Source of the DNA: Candidatus Wolfebacteria bacterium GW2011_GWE2_44_13
Lineage (GTDB): Bacteria > Patescibacteriota > Minisyncoccia > UBA6257 > UBA9933
Length of the DNA: 64,000 nucleotides
Assembly: GCA_001000675.1 (NCBI GenBank)
Contig: LCHW01000003.1
Span: 3,873-67,872 of the forward strand
Direction: 5' to 3'
Every line of letters starts with the position of its first letter. Positions within the stretch are counted from its first letter, which is position 1. The translations under genes and the position numbers were made by a program. Below are positions 20,729-29,471 of the stretch, piece by piece. A model generated the notes under the pieces. It saw only the letters and a list, made by a program, of their open reading frames with translations. It ran no database searches and had not been told where the DNA came from.

Positions 20729-22261
20729 CTATGCCTCTCGTATCCTATATTGGAATGCTTCGCTTAGGTGGTCATTCGTCACCTTTTCAACCCCTGCTAA
20801 ATCGGCAATTGTGCGCGCTGTCTTGAGCATGCGGTAATAGCCACGAGCGGAAATGAATGACTTATCAAGCATTTGTTTTACAAACTTTCTCCCATCGTCG
20901 TCTAGTTGTACTACGGTATCTACTAACTTCGATGGCATTTCTGCGTTTACATAAATGCGGGGCGTTATATCTACAAACCGACGCGCCTGAATTAATCGAG
21001 CGCATAACACCTGCTCGCGAATTGCGTCGCTTTCATCCTCCTCCTTTTCTTTTGCCAATGCTTCTATTTTTACCCGAGGCACTTTTATTTGGATGTCGAT
21101 GCGATCAAGCAATGGGCCGGATAATTTTCTTTGATAACGCGTCACCTCATGTGCGCCACAATGACACATTTTTTCATCGTCTCCATAATATCCACACGGA
21201 CACGGGTTCATCGCTGCAACTAATGTAAACCGCGCAGGAAATGTTAGCACGCTCTTTGCGCGTGCTACACACACATCACCATTTTCCAATGGTTGGCGCA
21301 ACGACTCAAGTAAATCTCGTCGAAATTCGGGAAGTTCATCAAGAAATAGCACACCTCGATGCGCCAAACTAATTTCTCCTGGACGTGGATTTGCTCCACC
21401 CCCAATGACTGATGCGGGTGATGCACTATGATGCGGCGCACGAAAAGGTCGTGTCATCGCGAATACATCACTATTTGTTATTCCCGCTGCGCTATATACC
21501 TGCATAACTTCTACCGCTTCGTGCATCGTGAGCGGCGGCAAGATAGATACTAATGCCTGCGCAAGCATTGTTTTTCCTGCTCCAGGAGAACCACTCATCA
21601 GAAGATTGTGCCCACCTGCGGCGGCGATCATCAACGCACGCTTTGCATTTATTTGTCCTTTTATTTCTGAAATATCCGTACTGTATCCACCTTTATCCCA
21701 CACGAGCTCCGTTGTTGGATGCGCCGCGATAATGGCCTTGTTTTCCAAATGATGCATCAGCTCGGTGATATCCGCAACGGGAATAACTTCTATGTCGGAT
21801 ACAATCGCTGCTTCGCGTGCATTTTCACACGGAACAAACACGCTATTAAGGTGAAGCTCTTTTGCAAGCCGTGCAATCGCCAGCACGCCATTTACTGGAC
21901 GAACTTTCCCATCAAGTGATAACTCCCCTACAAACAGCTTATCCGCGACATCGAATTCTTGAATTTGCTTAGTTGCCAGTAAATACCCTACTGCAATAGC
22001 AAGGTCATATTGCGATCCTGTCTTTTTAATATCAGCGGGAGCAAGGTTGACCGTTATGCGTCTATTTTCTCTATTTGGGGGCTTGATGTTCGAATTCTTT
22101 AGTGCAGCATTAACACGTTCTTTTGCTTCGTTCAGTGCTTTATCGGCAAGACCCACTATTGTAAACGAATGAAGACCGACGTTTATGTCGGTCTCCACTT
22201 CGATCAATTTTGCTTCAATTCCTTCAAGTTCGGCTGAGTATACTTTTGAAAAATTTTGCAT
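20729..22261 (-). CDS. comM: ComM/YifB Mg-chelatase-like AAA+ ATPase
   Basis: VNLAPAD, GSPGAGKT, RPFRAPHH, PGEISLAHRGVLFLDE, NPCPCG. Confidence 0.9.
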   Translation of the reverse strand: MQNFSKVYSAELEGIEAKLIEVETDINVGLHSFTIVGLADKALNEAKERVNAALKNSNIKPPNRENRRITVNLAPADIKKTGSQYDLAIAVGYLLATKQIQEFDVADKLFVGELSLDGKVRPVNGVLAIARLAKELHLNSVFVPCENAREAAIVSDIEVIPVADITELMHHLENKAIIAAHPTTELVWDKGGYSTDISEIKGQINAKRALMIAAAGGHNLLMSGSPGAGKTMLAQALVSILPPLTMHEAVEVMQVYSAAGITNSDVFAMTRPFRAPHHSASPASVIGGGANPRPGEISLAHRGVLFLDELPEFRRDLLESLRQPLENGDVCVARAKSVLTFPARFTLVAAMNPCPCGYYGDDEKMCHCGAHEVTRYQRKLSGPLLDRIDIQIKVPRVKIEALAKEKEEDESDAIREQVLCARLIQARRFVDITPRIYVNAEMPSKLVDTVVQLDDDGRKFVKQMLDKSFISARGYYRMLKTARTIADLAGVEKVTNDHLSEAFQYRIREA

Positions 22262-22269
22262 TGTTTAGC

Positions 22270-22388
22270 GGTTTACTAATTCAGCGAACTCCTTTGTTGC
22301 GGGCCCCTGTTGTCTCGGTCGCCGTACAATTAGCACGGCTTCCTCGCCAACTTTCCCGCGCCTCGTATTTCATCTGAATAAGTAAACC
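22270..22388 (-). repeat. Dispersed structured element copy B
   Basis: ggtttact...agtaaacc terminal arms; core gatgaaatacgaggcgcggg...gaggaagccgtgc..gtacggcgaccga..ggggcccgcaac on minus strand. Confidence 0.8.
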
Positions 22389-22446
22389 TTTGTATTAGTA
22401 CCTCCTTTGTACTTTCCGTTTTGCTATACATTTACCACAATATTTT

Positions 22447-22797
22447 TTATGCAATATCGTTTTCACGCTCCAGCTTCTTACACGTCCTGCAAAGCTTTGA
22501 CGTGCTATTAACTCGTAGCATGTCTTCTCCAATGGCCTCGCCACATTCTCCGCATACTCCGTATGTTCCTTTTTCTATTCGCTCAATAGCAAATTCAACT
22601 TCTGCCAATCGTCCACGCAACTCTTGTGCAGCAGATGATTGATTTTCCCATGCCTCAGATTCATCTGTTTCTTCTTCAAGCGAATCAACGTCGCTTCCAA
22701 AATCTTCTCCCTTTTCAAGGGTATCGATCTTTACTTCAAGCATTGCTTTTTCATCCTCAAGTTCATCTTTAATTGTTGCGAGTTGTTCTTTGTTCAT
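22447..22797 (-). CDS. DksA/TraR family C4 zinc-finger protein
   Basis: Coiled coil plus GTYGVCGECG...LCRTC. Confidence 0.85.
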   Translation of the reverse strand: MNKEQLATIKDELEDEKAMLEVKIDTLEKGEDFGSDVDSLEEETDESEAWENQSSAAQELRGRLAEVEFAIERIEKGTYGVCGECGEAIGEDMLRVNSTSKLCRTCKKLERENDIA

Positions 22798-22804
22798 ATA
22801 TACG

Positions 22805-23212
22805 TTATCCGATTAATTTAAATAATTGTGGGAATAATACGAAATATCCCAATAATCCTATTCCGACTATTCCAATAATAATACCGATTGTTACGAGTGC
22901 TACCTTTAGCGTTCCCGATGAACCCTGTGCGGGTGCTTGCGGTGCGCTTACTGGCGCTGCGGGTGTTTCAAACATTGCTTTCTCAGGCCCAGAATATGCA
23001 GGAGCCACGCCGGCTGTCGTTTGTTGCATTTCATCTTCTCTCTGTGATACAAATGATTCTTTTGCGCCCCCTGTTGGAACCTCACCTCCGCCCTCTTTAA
23101 ATGCTTTCACATCCGACTCCATTGTACGAATATCTATTTCAAGCGCTGGCGGTTCGGGAATTTTTGATTCCTGCTTTCCTGGCTCTGTTGTTGGAATTGT
23201 TTGCATATCCAT
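22805..23212 (-). CDS. Hypothetical protein with C-terminal TM anchor
   Basis: IRTMESD motif, Pro/Ala linker, C-terminal hydrophobic helix. Confidence 0.6.
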   Translation of the reverse strand: MDMQTIPTTEPGKQESKIPEPPALEIDIRTMESDVKAFKEGGGEVPTGGAKESFVSQREDEMQQTTAGVAPAYSGPEKAMFETPAAPVSAPQAPAQGSSGTLKVALVTIGIIIGIVGIGLLGYFVLFPQLFKLIG

Positions 23213-23329
23213 ATGCTCTATTATACGGCAAAATGCTTAAAGACAAAAGAGTATGTGCTTCGTTCCATAAGCCCTCTATTCATATTGATTTTTTTACAGC
23301 GATGCGATAAGGTGTAAAGGCATTTTATT

Positions 23330-23401
23330 GCCCCCATCGTCTAGTGGTCAGGACAACAGGTTTTCATCCTGTAAAGCGGAGTCCGATTCTCCGTGGGGGC
23401 A
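23330..23401 (+). tRNA. tRNA-Glu(TTC)
   Basis: Cloverleaf gcccccatcgtctagtgg...acagg-ttttcat-cctgt...tgggggca; T-loop variant GTCCGATTC. Confidence 0.9.
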
Positions 23402-23489
23402 CATATATAAAAAGCCGCTTAATGCGGTTTTTTATATACCTACCCGGCATCTTCCATTTTCCCCAATTTTACCCCTATAATAGACACAT

Positions 23490-24983
23490 ATGAAACGATT
23501 TTTTGAGATTCTTCCTGCCATCCTGTCATGGTCTACTTTGATTGCAATCGCCTTCTTATCTTGGCTTACCCCCGTTGGTATGGCAATTTTTATCATCTTT
23601 TTTGATGTCTATTGGTTCTTAAAGACCCTGTACCTCTCAATCCATCTTCGCATCAGCTATAACAAAATGCAGGAAAATATGCAGATCAATTGGCTCGAAA
23701 AGCTAAAGAGTAATTCTACAACTGCCCAATGGCCAGAAATCTATCACTTAATTGTATTTCCTTTTTATAACGAGCCCTACGAGGTTATTAAAGAATCCTT
23801 TGATGCGTTAATTGGCATTAACTATCCGCTTGATAAATTCATCATCGCTATCGGCACAGAGGAAAGGGCTGGAGAAGAATCCATAGAGACACTCGATCGC
23901 ATCGCTGCAGAATATTCTGATAAGTTTTTCAAACTTATTGCAACAGTACACCCGAGTAATTTACCGGGAGAAACCCCTGGAAAAGGTTCAAACGAAGCGT
24001 GGATTGCTCAACAAGCAAAGAACGAGATTATCGATCCACTGCACATTCCGTATGAACGTATCGTCGTTTCTTCGTTCGATATAGATACACAAATATTTCC
24101 TGAATATTTCGGCATTTTAACCTATACATTTCTTACAACCGAAGATAACCTTCACGCAAGCTATCTTCCGATCCCATTTTTCTTAAACAACATCTTTCAA
24201 GCCCCTGCGATTGCACGTGTTATTTCTTTTTCTGCATCCATCTATCATATGATGCAACAGGCACGCCCGCATCGACTCACAACATTTTCCTCGCACTCGA
24301 TGCCTTTTAAAGCCCTCGCTGATGTAGGATTTTGGAAAAAAGACATTGTCAGTGAGGATTCCCAAATCTTTTGGCAATGTTACCTGCATTACAATGGCAA
24401 CTACCGCGTTGTACCGCTTAACTACCCGATATCAATGGATTCTAATGTAGCACCTACATTTTGGAAGACACTGCTCAACCAATATAAACAACAGCGTCGT
24501 TGGGCATGGGGAGGAGTTGAGAATATTCCCTACCTCATGACTGGATTCATTAAAAATAAAAAAATTCCTTTCAAGAAACGATTTTCTTGGGCGTTCTTCT
24601 ATATTGAAGGGTTTCATTCTTGGGCAACAAATGCGCTCATTATCTTTACCCTTTCTTGGTTGCCAATCATGCTTGGAGGTCCTGAGTTTCGTTTTTCTCT
24701 TATTTCCTATTCTCTCCCTAAGGTTACAAATATGATTATGAACCTTGCGGCTATTGGTATTGTTACCTCTGCGTTTCTTGGTATCGTCCTTTTACCGCCT
24801 AAGCCAGTTTGGTTCAAAAAATATCACTATGTTTGGTATGTATTGCAATGGGTATTCCTTCCATTAACCATGATTATCTTTGGATCAATTCCTGCATTGG
24901 ATGCACAAACACGAGGTCTCTTTGGCGGAACGTTTCGTCTTGGTTTCTGGGTTACTCCAAAACACCGAGACACGACGAAATAA
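23490..24983 (+). CDS. GT2-family membrane glycosyltransferase
   Basis: P.YNE, GKGSN, DID, SED, QQRRW (QxxRW) motifs with flanking TMs. Confidence 0.85.
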   Translation: MKRFFEILPAILSWSTLIAIAFLSWLTPVGMAIFIIFFDVYWFLKTLYLSIHLRISYNKMQENMQINWLEKLKSNSTTAQWPEIYHLIVFPFYNEPYEVIKESFDALIGINYPLDKFIIAIGTEERAGEESIETLDRIAAEYSDKFFKLIATVHPSNLPGETPGKGSNEAWIAQQAKNEIIDPLHIPYERIVVSSFDIDTQIFPEYFGILTYTFLTTEDNLHASYLPIPFFLNNIFQAPAIARVISFSASIYHMMQQARPHRLTTFSSHSMPFKALADVGFWKKDIVSEDSQIFWQCYLHYNGNYRVVPLNYPISMDSNVAPTFWKTLLNQYKQQRRWAWGGVENIPYLMTGFIKNKKIPFKKRFSWAFFYIEGFHSWATNALIIFTLSWLPIMLGGPEFRFSLISYSLPKVTNMIMNLAAIGIVTSAFLGIVLLPPKPVWFKKYHYVWYVLQWVFLPLTMIIFGSIPALDAQTRGLFGGTFRLGFWVTPKHRDTTK

Positions 24984-25016
24984 AAAATCCCACAAGGGAT
25001 TTTTTATTTCGTCGTG
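24971..25016. terminator. Bidirectional terminator (21-bp stem) between convergent GT2 and recG
   Basis: cacgacgaaataaaaaatccc-acaa-gggattttttatttcgtcgtg. Confidence 0.75.
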
Positions 25017-25047
25017 CAATTTCAAATTTATAATTTTTAATTTCAAA

Positions 25048-27228
25048 TTACTCCAAATGCACCTTATCATGAAATCGCGCTACGATTCCTTTTAGCTGTG
25101 CGTGCTGTTTCAACTCTGGATCTATTTTCAATACCCCTTCTGCGGCCCCACGAGCGCTTTTGACGAGCTTTATATCGTGCAATGAACGCATAGCCAAATC
25201 GGGCAATCCTGTTTGTGATTGACCCATAAATTCCCCAGGACCACGCAACGCAAGGTCTTTCTCGGCGAGTTCAAAACCGTTCCTCGCATGCACCAATGCT
25301 TCGAGTCTGTCTTTTGTCGGTTGTGACGATGAATCGGTAAATAATAAACAAAATGATTGATGCTCGCCTCTCCCTACACGCCCCTTGAATTGATAGAGTT
25401 GCGCCAACCCAAATCGTTCTGCGCCTTCGATCATCATAATCGTTGCGTTCGGAATATCTACGCCCACTTCAATTACTGAAGTCGCCACTAACACATCGAT
25501 TGTGCCTTTTTTCATCCGCTGCATCACCTCAGCTTTTTCTGCTGGTTTTAGTTTCCCATGCAACATCTCCACACGCATGTCAGGAAAAATCTTCTTGGAC
25601 AATTTATCGTATTCTTCCTTAACTGTTTTCGTTTCCGCGGCAAACCAATTTTTCCCCTTCCCGTCTTCATCTTCATTTTTTTCTATACGCGGACAGATAA
25701 CAAATATCTGCCGTCCTTTCTTTACCTGCCCACGAATAAACGCATACGCGTCGGTACGGCTCGCAGGGGGCACAATCTTTGTCATAATCGCCTTTCGCCC
25801 TTTCGGTAATTCTTCGATAATTGAAACGTCGAGATCGCCAAACAACGTGAGTGATAATGTACGCGGAATCGGCGTTGCGGACATGGATAAGAAGTGTGGC
25901 AAGTATTCCCCATTTCCCTTTTTATGCCCTGCGAGTGCCTGACGCTGCTTCACACCAAAACGATGTTGCTCATCGATTACTACAAGACCTAGCTCATCAA
26001 ACGTAACCCCTTTCTGTATTAATGCGTGTGTACCAATAGCGATTTTTATTTCGCCGGTTGCGAGCTTTTTAATTACATCCGCTTTTTTCATCTCACTCTC
26101 CAACCCTTCTCCAAAAAATACCCTTGCGCCCGATGCGGTTAATAGTGCAACTCCTTTTTCAAAATTCCCGAATATTTTTTTAAACGTATGGTAGTGCTGT
26201 GTTGCAAGAATTTCTGTCGGTGCCATAAAAGAAGCTTGTTTTCCCGCTTCAGCAATAATAATTGCCGAGAGTACTGCGACGATTGTTTTTCCTGAGCCTA
26301 CATCCCCTTGTAGTAGACGATTCATGGGGTGCGGGCGTGCTATATCATTCATAATCTCACGCATCACCTGTGCCTGTGCCTCTGTTAATTCAAATGGCAA
26401 CTGTTTAAGTAGCTCGCTGAATTTTTCTTCTTCCATTTCGCATGCATATGCATTCTCTTTCGCAAGTCGCAGCCGTTCGAGCATGTTTACTAATTGGAGG
26501 TAAAAAATATCTTCGAATGCTATTCTTCGCCGTGCGCGGGTTACGTCTTCCATTGTCTCCGGAAAATGAATCCCTCGAAGTGCATCGTTAATGTCCATAA
26601 CAGCAGCACGTTCAAGCATACTCGCTGGCAAGGTTTCAGGGACTCGATCAATGGCATCGAGTAATGGTTTTATCAAAAACCGCAGCCCTTTTGAAGTGAC
26701 TCCTTTTGTTTCCGGATACATCGGTACAAGCCTCCCTGTATGCTTACATGCCTCTATTTCTTCGCGATAATCCGCTGCGTTTTCTATAAATTGCTCATCG
26801 TCTTCTGAAAACCCTACGATTTCATATGATGGGTGTGAAAACCCTATTCCCGCTTTTCCATCGCTCACTTTTCCGGCAAGATTAATTACCATCCCTTTTT
26901 TAAGCATAGCCACAAGAAACTTTTGATTGAACCACGTAGCGCGCACGCTCCCTGTCGCGTCTGCAACAGTAGCTTGAATGATAAACATCTTTTTCCTAAA
27001 TGATCGGAGTATTTTTATCTCTTGGATTACCCCTTGGATTGTTGCTGGTTCTCCAGGTATTAAATCAACAATATTTGCGATGTTCGAAAAGTCCTCATAC
27101 CGAGATGGAAAATGCCACAGTAAATCTTTTACTGTTTTTAAACCCAATTTTTGCAATCGGACAGCAAATGCAGGGCCAATGCCTTTCACATATCGTAATT
27201 CGGTTTCCAGTTGTGTTCCCTGCGTCAT
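25048..27228 (-). CDS. recG: ATP-dependent DNA helicase RecG
   Basis: Wedge/OB domain, QGDVGSGKT, DEQHRFG, SATPIPRT, Q..GRVGR. Confidence 0.95.
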   Translation of the reverse strand: MTQGTQLETELRYVKGIGPAFAVRLQKLGLKTVKDLLWHFPSRYEDFSNIANIVDLIPGEPATIQGVIQEIKILRSFRKKMFIIQATVADATGSVRATWFNQKFLVAMLKKGMVINLAGKVSDGKAGIGFSHPSYEIVGFSEDDEQFIENAADYREEIEACKHTGRLVPMYPETKGVTSKGLRFLIKPLLDAIDRVPETLPASMLERAAVMDINDALRGIHFPETMEDVTRARRRIAFEDIFYLQLVNMLERLRLAKENAYACEMEEEKFSELLKQLPFELTEAQAQVMREIMNDIARPHPMNRLLQGDVGSGKTIVAVLSAIIIAEAGKQASFMAPTEILATQHYHTFKKIFGNFEKGVALLTASGARVFFGEGLESEMKKADVIKKLATGEIKIAIGTHALIQKGVTFDELGLVVIDEQHRFGVKQRQALAGHKKGNGEYLPHFLSMSATPIPRTLSLTLFGDLDVSIIEELPKGRKAIMTKIVPPASRTDAYAFIRGQVKKGRQIFVICPRIEKNEDEDGKGKNWFAAETKTVKEEYDKLSKKIFPDMRVEMLHGKLKPAEKAEVMQRMKKGTIDVLVATSVIEVGVDIPNATIMMIEGAERFGLAQLYQFKGRVGRGEHQSFCLLFTDSSSQPTKDRLEALVHARNGFELAEKDLALRGPGEFMGQSQTGLPDLAMRSLHDIKLVKSARGAAEGVLKIDPELKQHAQLKGIVARFHDKVHLE

Positions 27229-27316
27229 ATTTTCTTATTGTACGAGATATCTCCTTGAAGCGCTATTGCTACCTCTATAACAACATACTCACGGCGTTAG
27301 CCGTGAGTATTTTGTA

Positions 27317-27491
27317 CTTTTTGTGCCCCTGTGTGGCACCCTCTTCGCACGATAGCATAACATGCTATCGTGCTCGGGGGCAGGCCCAATCTCACTGTGT
27401 CTGCGACGTTCGATTCCACGCAGGGGCAAAGAAAAAAGAGTGGCTTTGAAGCCACTCCTTTTTCTTTTTGTGCCCCTGTGTGGAATCGAAC
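27317..27491. repeat. Direct and inverted copies of the tRNA-Arg 3' end forming a long hairpin
   Basis: ctttttgtgcccctgtgtgg at 27317-27336 and 27464-27483; inverted gttcgattccacgcaggggca at 27408-27428. Confidence 0.8.
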
Positions 27492-27542
27492 CACAATTTT
27501 AACTTCCGCAAAGTCATGTCCTATCCATTGAACGACAAGGGC
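27471..27542 (-). tRNA. tRNA-Arg(GCG)
   Basis: gcccttgtcgttcaatggatagga...tgact-ttgcgga-agtta...ggttcgattcc...caggggca. Confidence 0.88.
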
Positions 27543-27639
27543 TTTTATTGCAACTTTCCTACTATACCCATAGGGCTCATTTTTTGCAACCCTCTAGTGC
27601 CTCCCTATTACCAGCAGGCACTAGCGTGCAAATCTCCTA

Positions 27640-28281
27640 TCAAAAACCGAGTGATCGTTCGAGCGTTTCGAGTAGTGAAACTTCTATTTCTCCATGCTTT
27701 ATTTTTCCATCCAATACCTCCCGTATTTCTTCTTCGTATTCTACGGGGATAAATATTTTTACGTAATGGTGTACCTTCGATTTTGTTTGTAGCACCAATT
27801 CAGCATATTCATCTGAAAATTCGTGCACATCGTACAGCGTAATATCTTTGTACTTATATGTTTTATGTCCTTCAATAGTGACACCCACTTCGTCAATCGT
27901 AAACTCCCACATTTTAGGCTTCTCACCCGCAAACATAAACACGGCCAATTCAGCAATCATGACAAAGACTGCGAACAAAAAGTTTTTTTGCCACAACGCG
28001 ATCGCAATCAACACAATGGCAATAGCCATACTTACCCAATACCATGTTGTGCTTTTTTCAACGTATTCTATTTCCGGAGCTTCCCACATAATCACGCCTT
28101 CTTCTTCGTATATTTCTTCTTGCACATCTTCGACGATTTCTGGTTCATTATGCGTATCTCCAGTAGTCACATCTTCTGCGACTTCCTCATGATATTCTTC
28201 CGCAGCAATTTCTTCATCGGATTTTTTGAAAAGCATTGAGTTTTCGTTTTCCATGAGTTTATTATACCGCAAAGAACGCAA
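27640..28281 (-). CDS. Hypothetical 2-TM protein with acidic N-terminus (start probably 28254, MENEN)
   Basis: WEAPE...K...WYW motif, two TMs, PH-like tail. Confidence 0.65.
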   Translation of the reverse strand: MRSLRYNKLMENENSMLFKKSDEEIAAEEYHEEVAEDVTTGDTHNEPEIVEDVQEEIYEEEGVIMWEAPEIEYVEKSTTWYWVSMAIAIVLIAIALWQKNFLFAVFVMIAELAVFMFAGEKPKMWEFTIDEVGVTIEGHKTYKYKDITLYDVHEFSDEYAELVLQTKSKVHHYVKIFIPVEYEEEIREVLDGKIKHGEIEVSLLETLERSLGF

Positions 28282-28358
28282 AAAAACATCAATACCAATT
28301 CTCCCTATCCTTTTTTATAAAAATAATACACCCCGCAAGAGTGTATTATTTTTATTTG

Positions 28359-28443
28359 AGGAGGCGAGAGGATTCGAACCTCCGATGCCTTGCGGCATAC
28401 TTGTTTTCAAGACAAGCCGTTTCAACCACTCACGCACGCCTCC
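28359..28443 (-). tRNA. tRNA-Ser(TGA)
   Basis: ggaggcg acceptor stem, cttgt-cttgaaa-acaag anticodon arm, long variable arm. Confidence 0.92.
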
Positions 28444-28476
28444 CTCTTTTATATATATTGCTTTTTAAGTTGGCTT

Positions 28477-28531
28477 AAGACAAGCCGTTTTAACCCCTGC
28501 CTGCCGGCAGGCAGGACTCACGCACGCCTCC
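28477..28531 (-). pseudogene. Duplicated 5' half of tRNA-Ser(TGA) interrupted by palindrome cctgcctgccggcaggcagg (28496-28515)
   Basis: aagacaagccgttttaacc+[20-bp palindrome]+actcacgcacgcctcc versus aagacaagccgtttcaaccactcacgcacgcctcc in the intact gene. Confidence 0.8.
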
Positions 28532-28570
28532 CAATTATTGTTTTCCACTGAACTGCATAACTCAGCAGAG

Positions 28571-28643
28571 TGGACCTTACCGGGATCGAACCGGTCACCT
28601 CTTCCATGCCATGGAAGCGCTCTACCAGATGAGCTAAAGGCCC
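28571..28643 (-). tRNA. tRNA-Ala(GGC)
   Basis: gggcctttagctcatctggtagagcg..cttcc-atggcat-ggaag; G3:U70. Confidence 0.93.
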
Positions 28644-28755
28644 TCACATCACTGACAAAATCAATCTTATCTAAAAAATACCTAATTGGCAAGAATTAGA
28701 TGGACCAAACAAAAACCGCCAATCCTTGCGAACTGGCGGCTTCTGCCAAATATTG

Positions 28756-28828
28756 TGGACCTTACCGGGCTCGAACCGGTCACCTCTACATTGCAAATGT
28801 AGCGCTCTACCAGATGAGCTAAAGGCCC
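28756..28828 (-). tRNA. tRNA-Ala(TGC)
   Basis: Near-identical body; ctaca-tttgcaa-tgtag anticodon arm. Confidence 0.93.
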
Positions 28829-28931
28829 TGATAGTTTTTCTATTCTATAAAACTTTTTAGAAACTTGCAACAGCAACTTAAACAATATAATCTATGTAAA
28901 TGCCCGTTGCAAGAGGGCGTATCCCAGCCTT

Positions 28932-29003
28932 GCCTTCGTAGTTCAATGGATAGAACAAATCCGTCCTAAGGATAAAATGGGGGTTCGATTCCCTCCGAGG
29001 GCA
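28932..29003 (+). tRNA. tRNA-Arg(CCT)
   Basis: gccttcgtagttcaatggatagaac..atcc-gtcctaa-ggat..ggttcgattcc..cgagggca. Confidence 0.88.
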
Positions 29004-29064
29004 CAATTTCTTGAAAAGCATAGGTGTTTCTGCTATCTTCTATAGGTATCTTTATTGCGACATA

Positions 29065-29136
29065 GTCCTCATCGTTCAACGGATAGGACACAAGGTTCCG
29101 AACTTTGTAATGGAGGTTCGATTCCTCCTGAGGGCA
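29065..29136 (+). tRNA. tRNA-Arg(CCG)
   Basis: gtcctcatcgttcaacggatagga..caagg-ttccgaa-ctttg..tgagggca. Confidence 0.88.
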
Positions 29137-29148
29137 CAATTTATATAA

Positions 29149-29237
29149 GGAGGCGTGCCAGAGCGGTTGAATGGGACGCACTCGAAATGCGTTATACTGG
29201 TCAAACAGTATCGGAGGTTCGAATCCTCTCGCCTCCT
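29149..29237 (+). tRNA. tRNA-Ser(CGA)
   Basis: acgca-ctcgaaa-tgcgt anticodon arm, long variable arm, ggaggcg/cgcctcc stem. Confidence 0.92.
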
Positions 29238-29343
29238 CAAATATATTAGGACACCCGCCAAGGGTGTTTTGATATATCGGGCGAGTGGATGAGAAGTTTA
29301 CCCTGAACATTTCGGCGAGCTCAATGCGAGCCTCTGCCGAAGG

Positions 29344-29364
29344 GAATCCTCTCGCCTCCTCAAA
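29344..29364 (+). repeat. Direct repeat of the tRNA-Ser(CGA) 3' end
   Basis: gaatcctctcgcctcctcaaa identical to 29221-29241, preceded by a REP-like hairpin. Confidence 0.8.
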
Positions 29365-29471
29365 AATACAGTAATGCGCCCCACAAGAGTGCGTTGTTGT
29401 ATATACTTTTATTAAAATAAAGGCCCCAGCAGATTATGCCGGGGGCTTAGGTTGCATACGAACGTTTCGTT

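Noticed and set aside
25018-25050. AT-rich 7-mer tandem run after the recG terminator
   Set aside because: Low-complexity and degenerate; no evidence of function
28465-29310. Short ORFs across the tRNA cluster
   Set aside because: They overlap bona fide tRNA genes and are spurious translations
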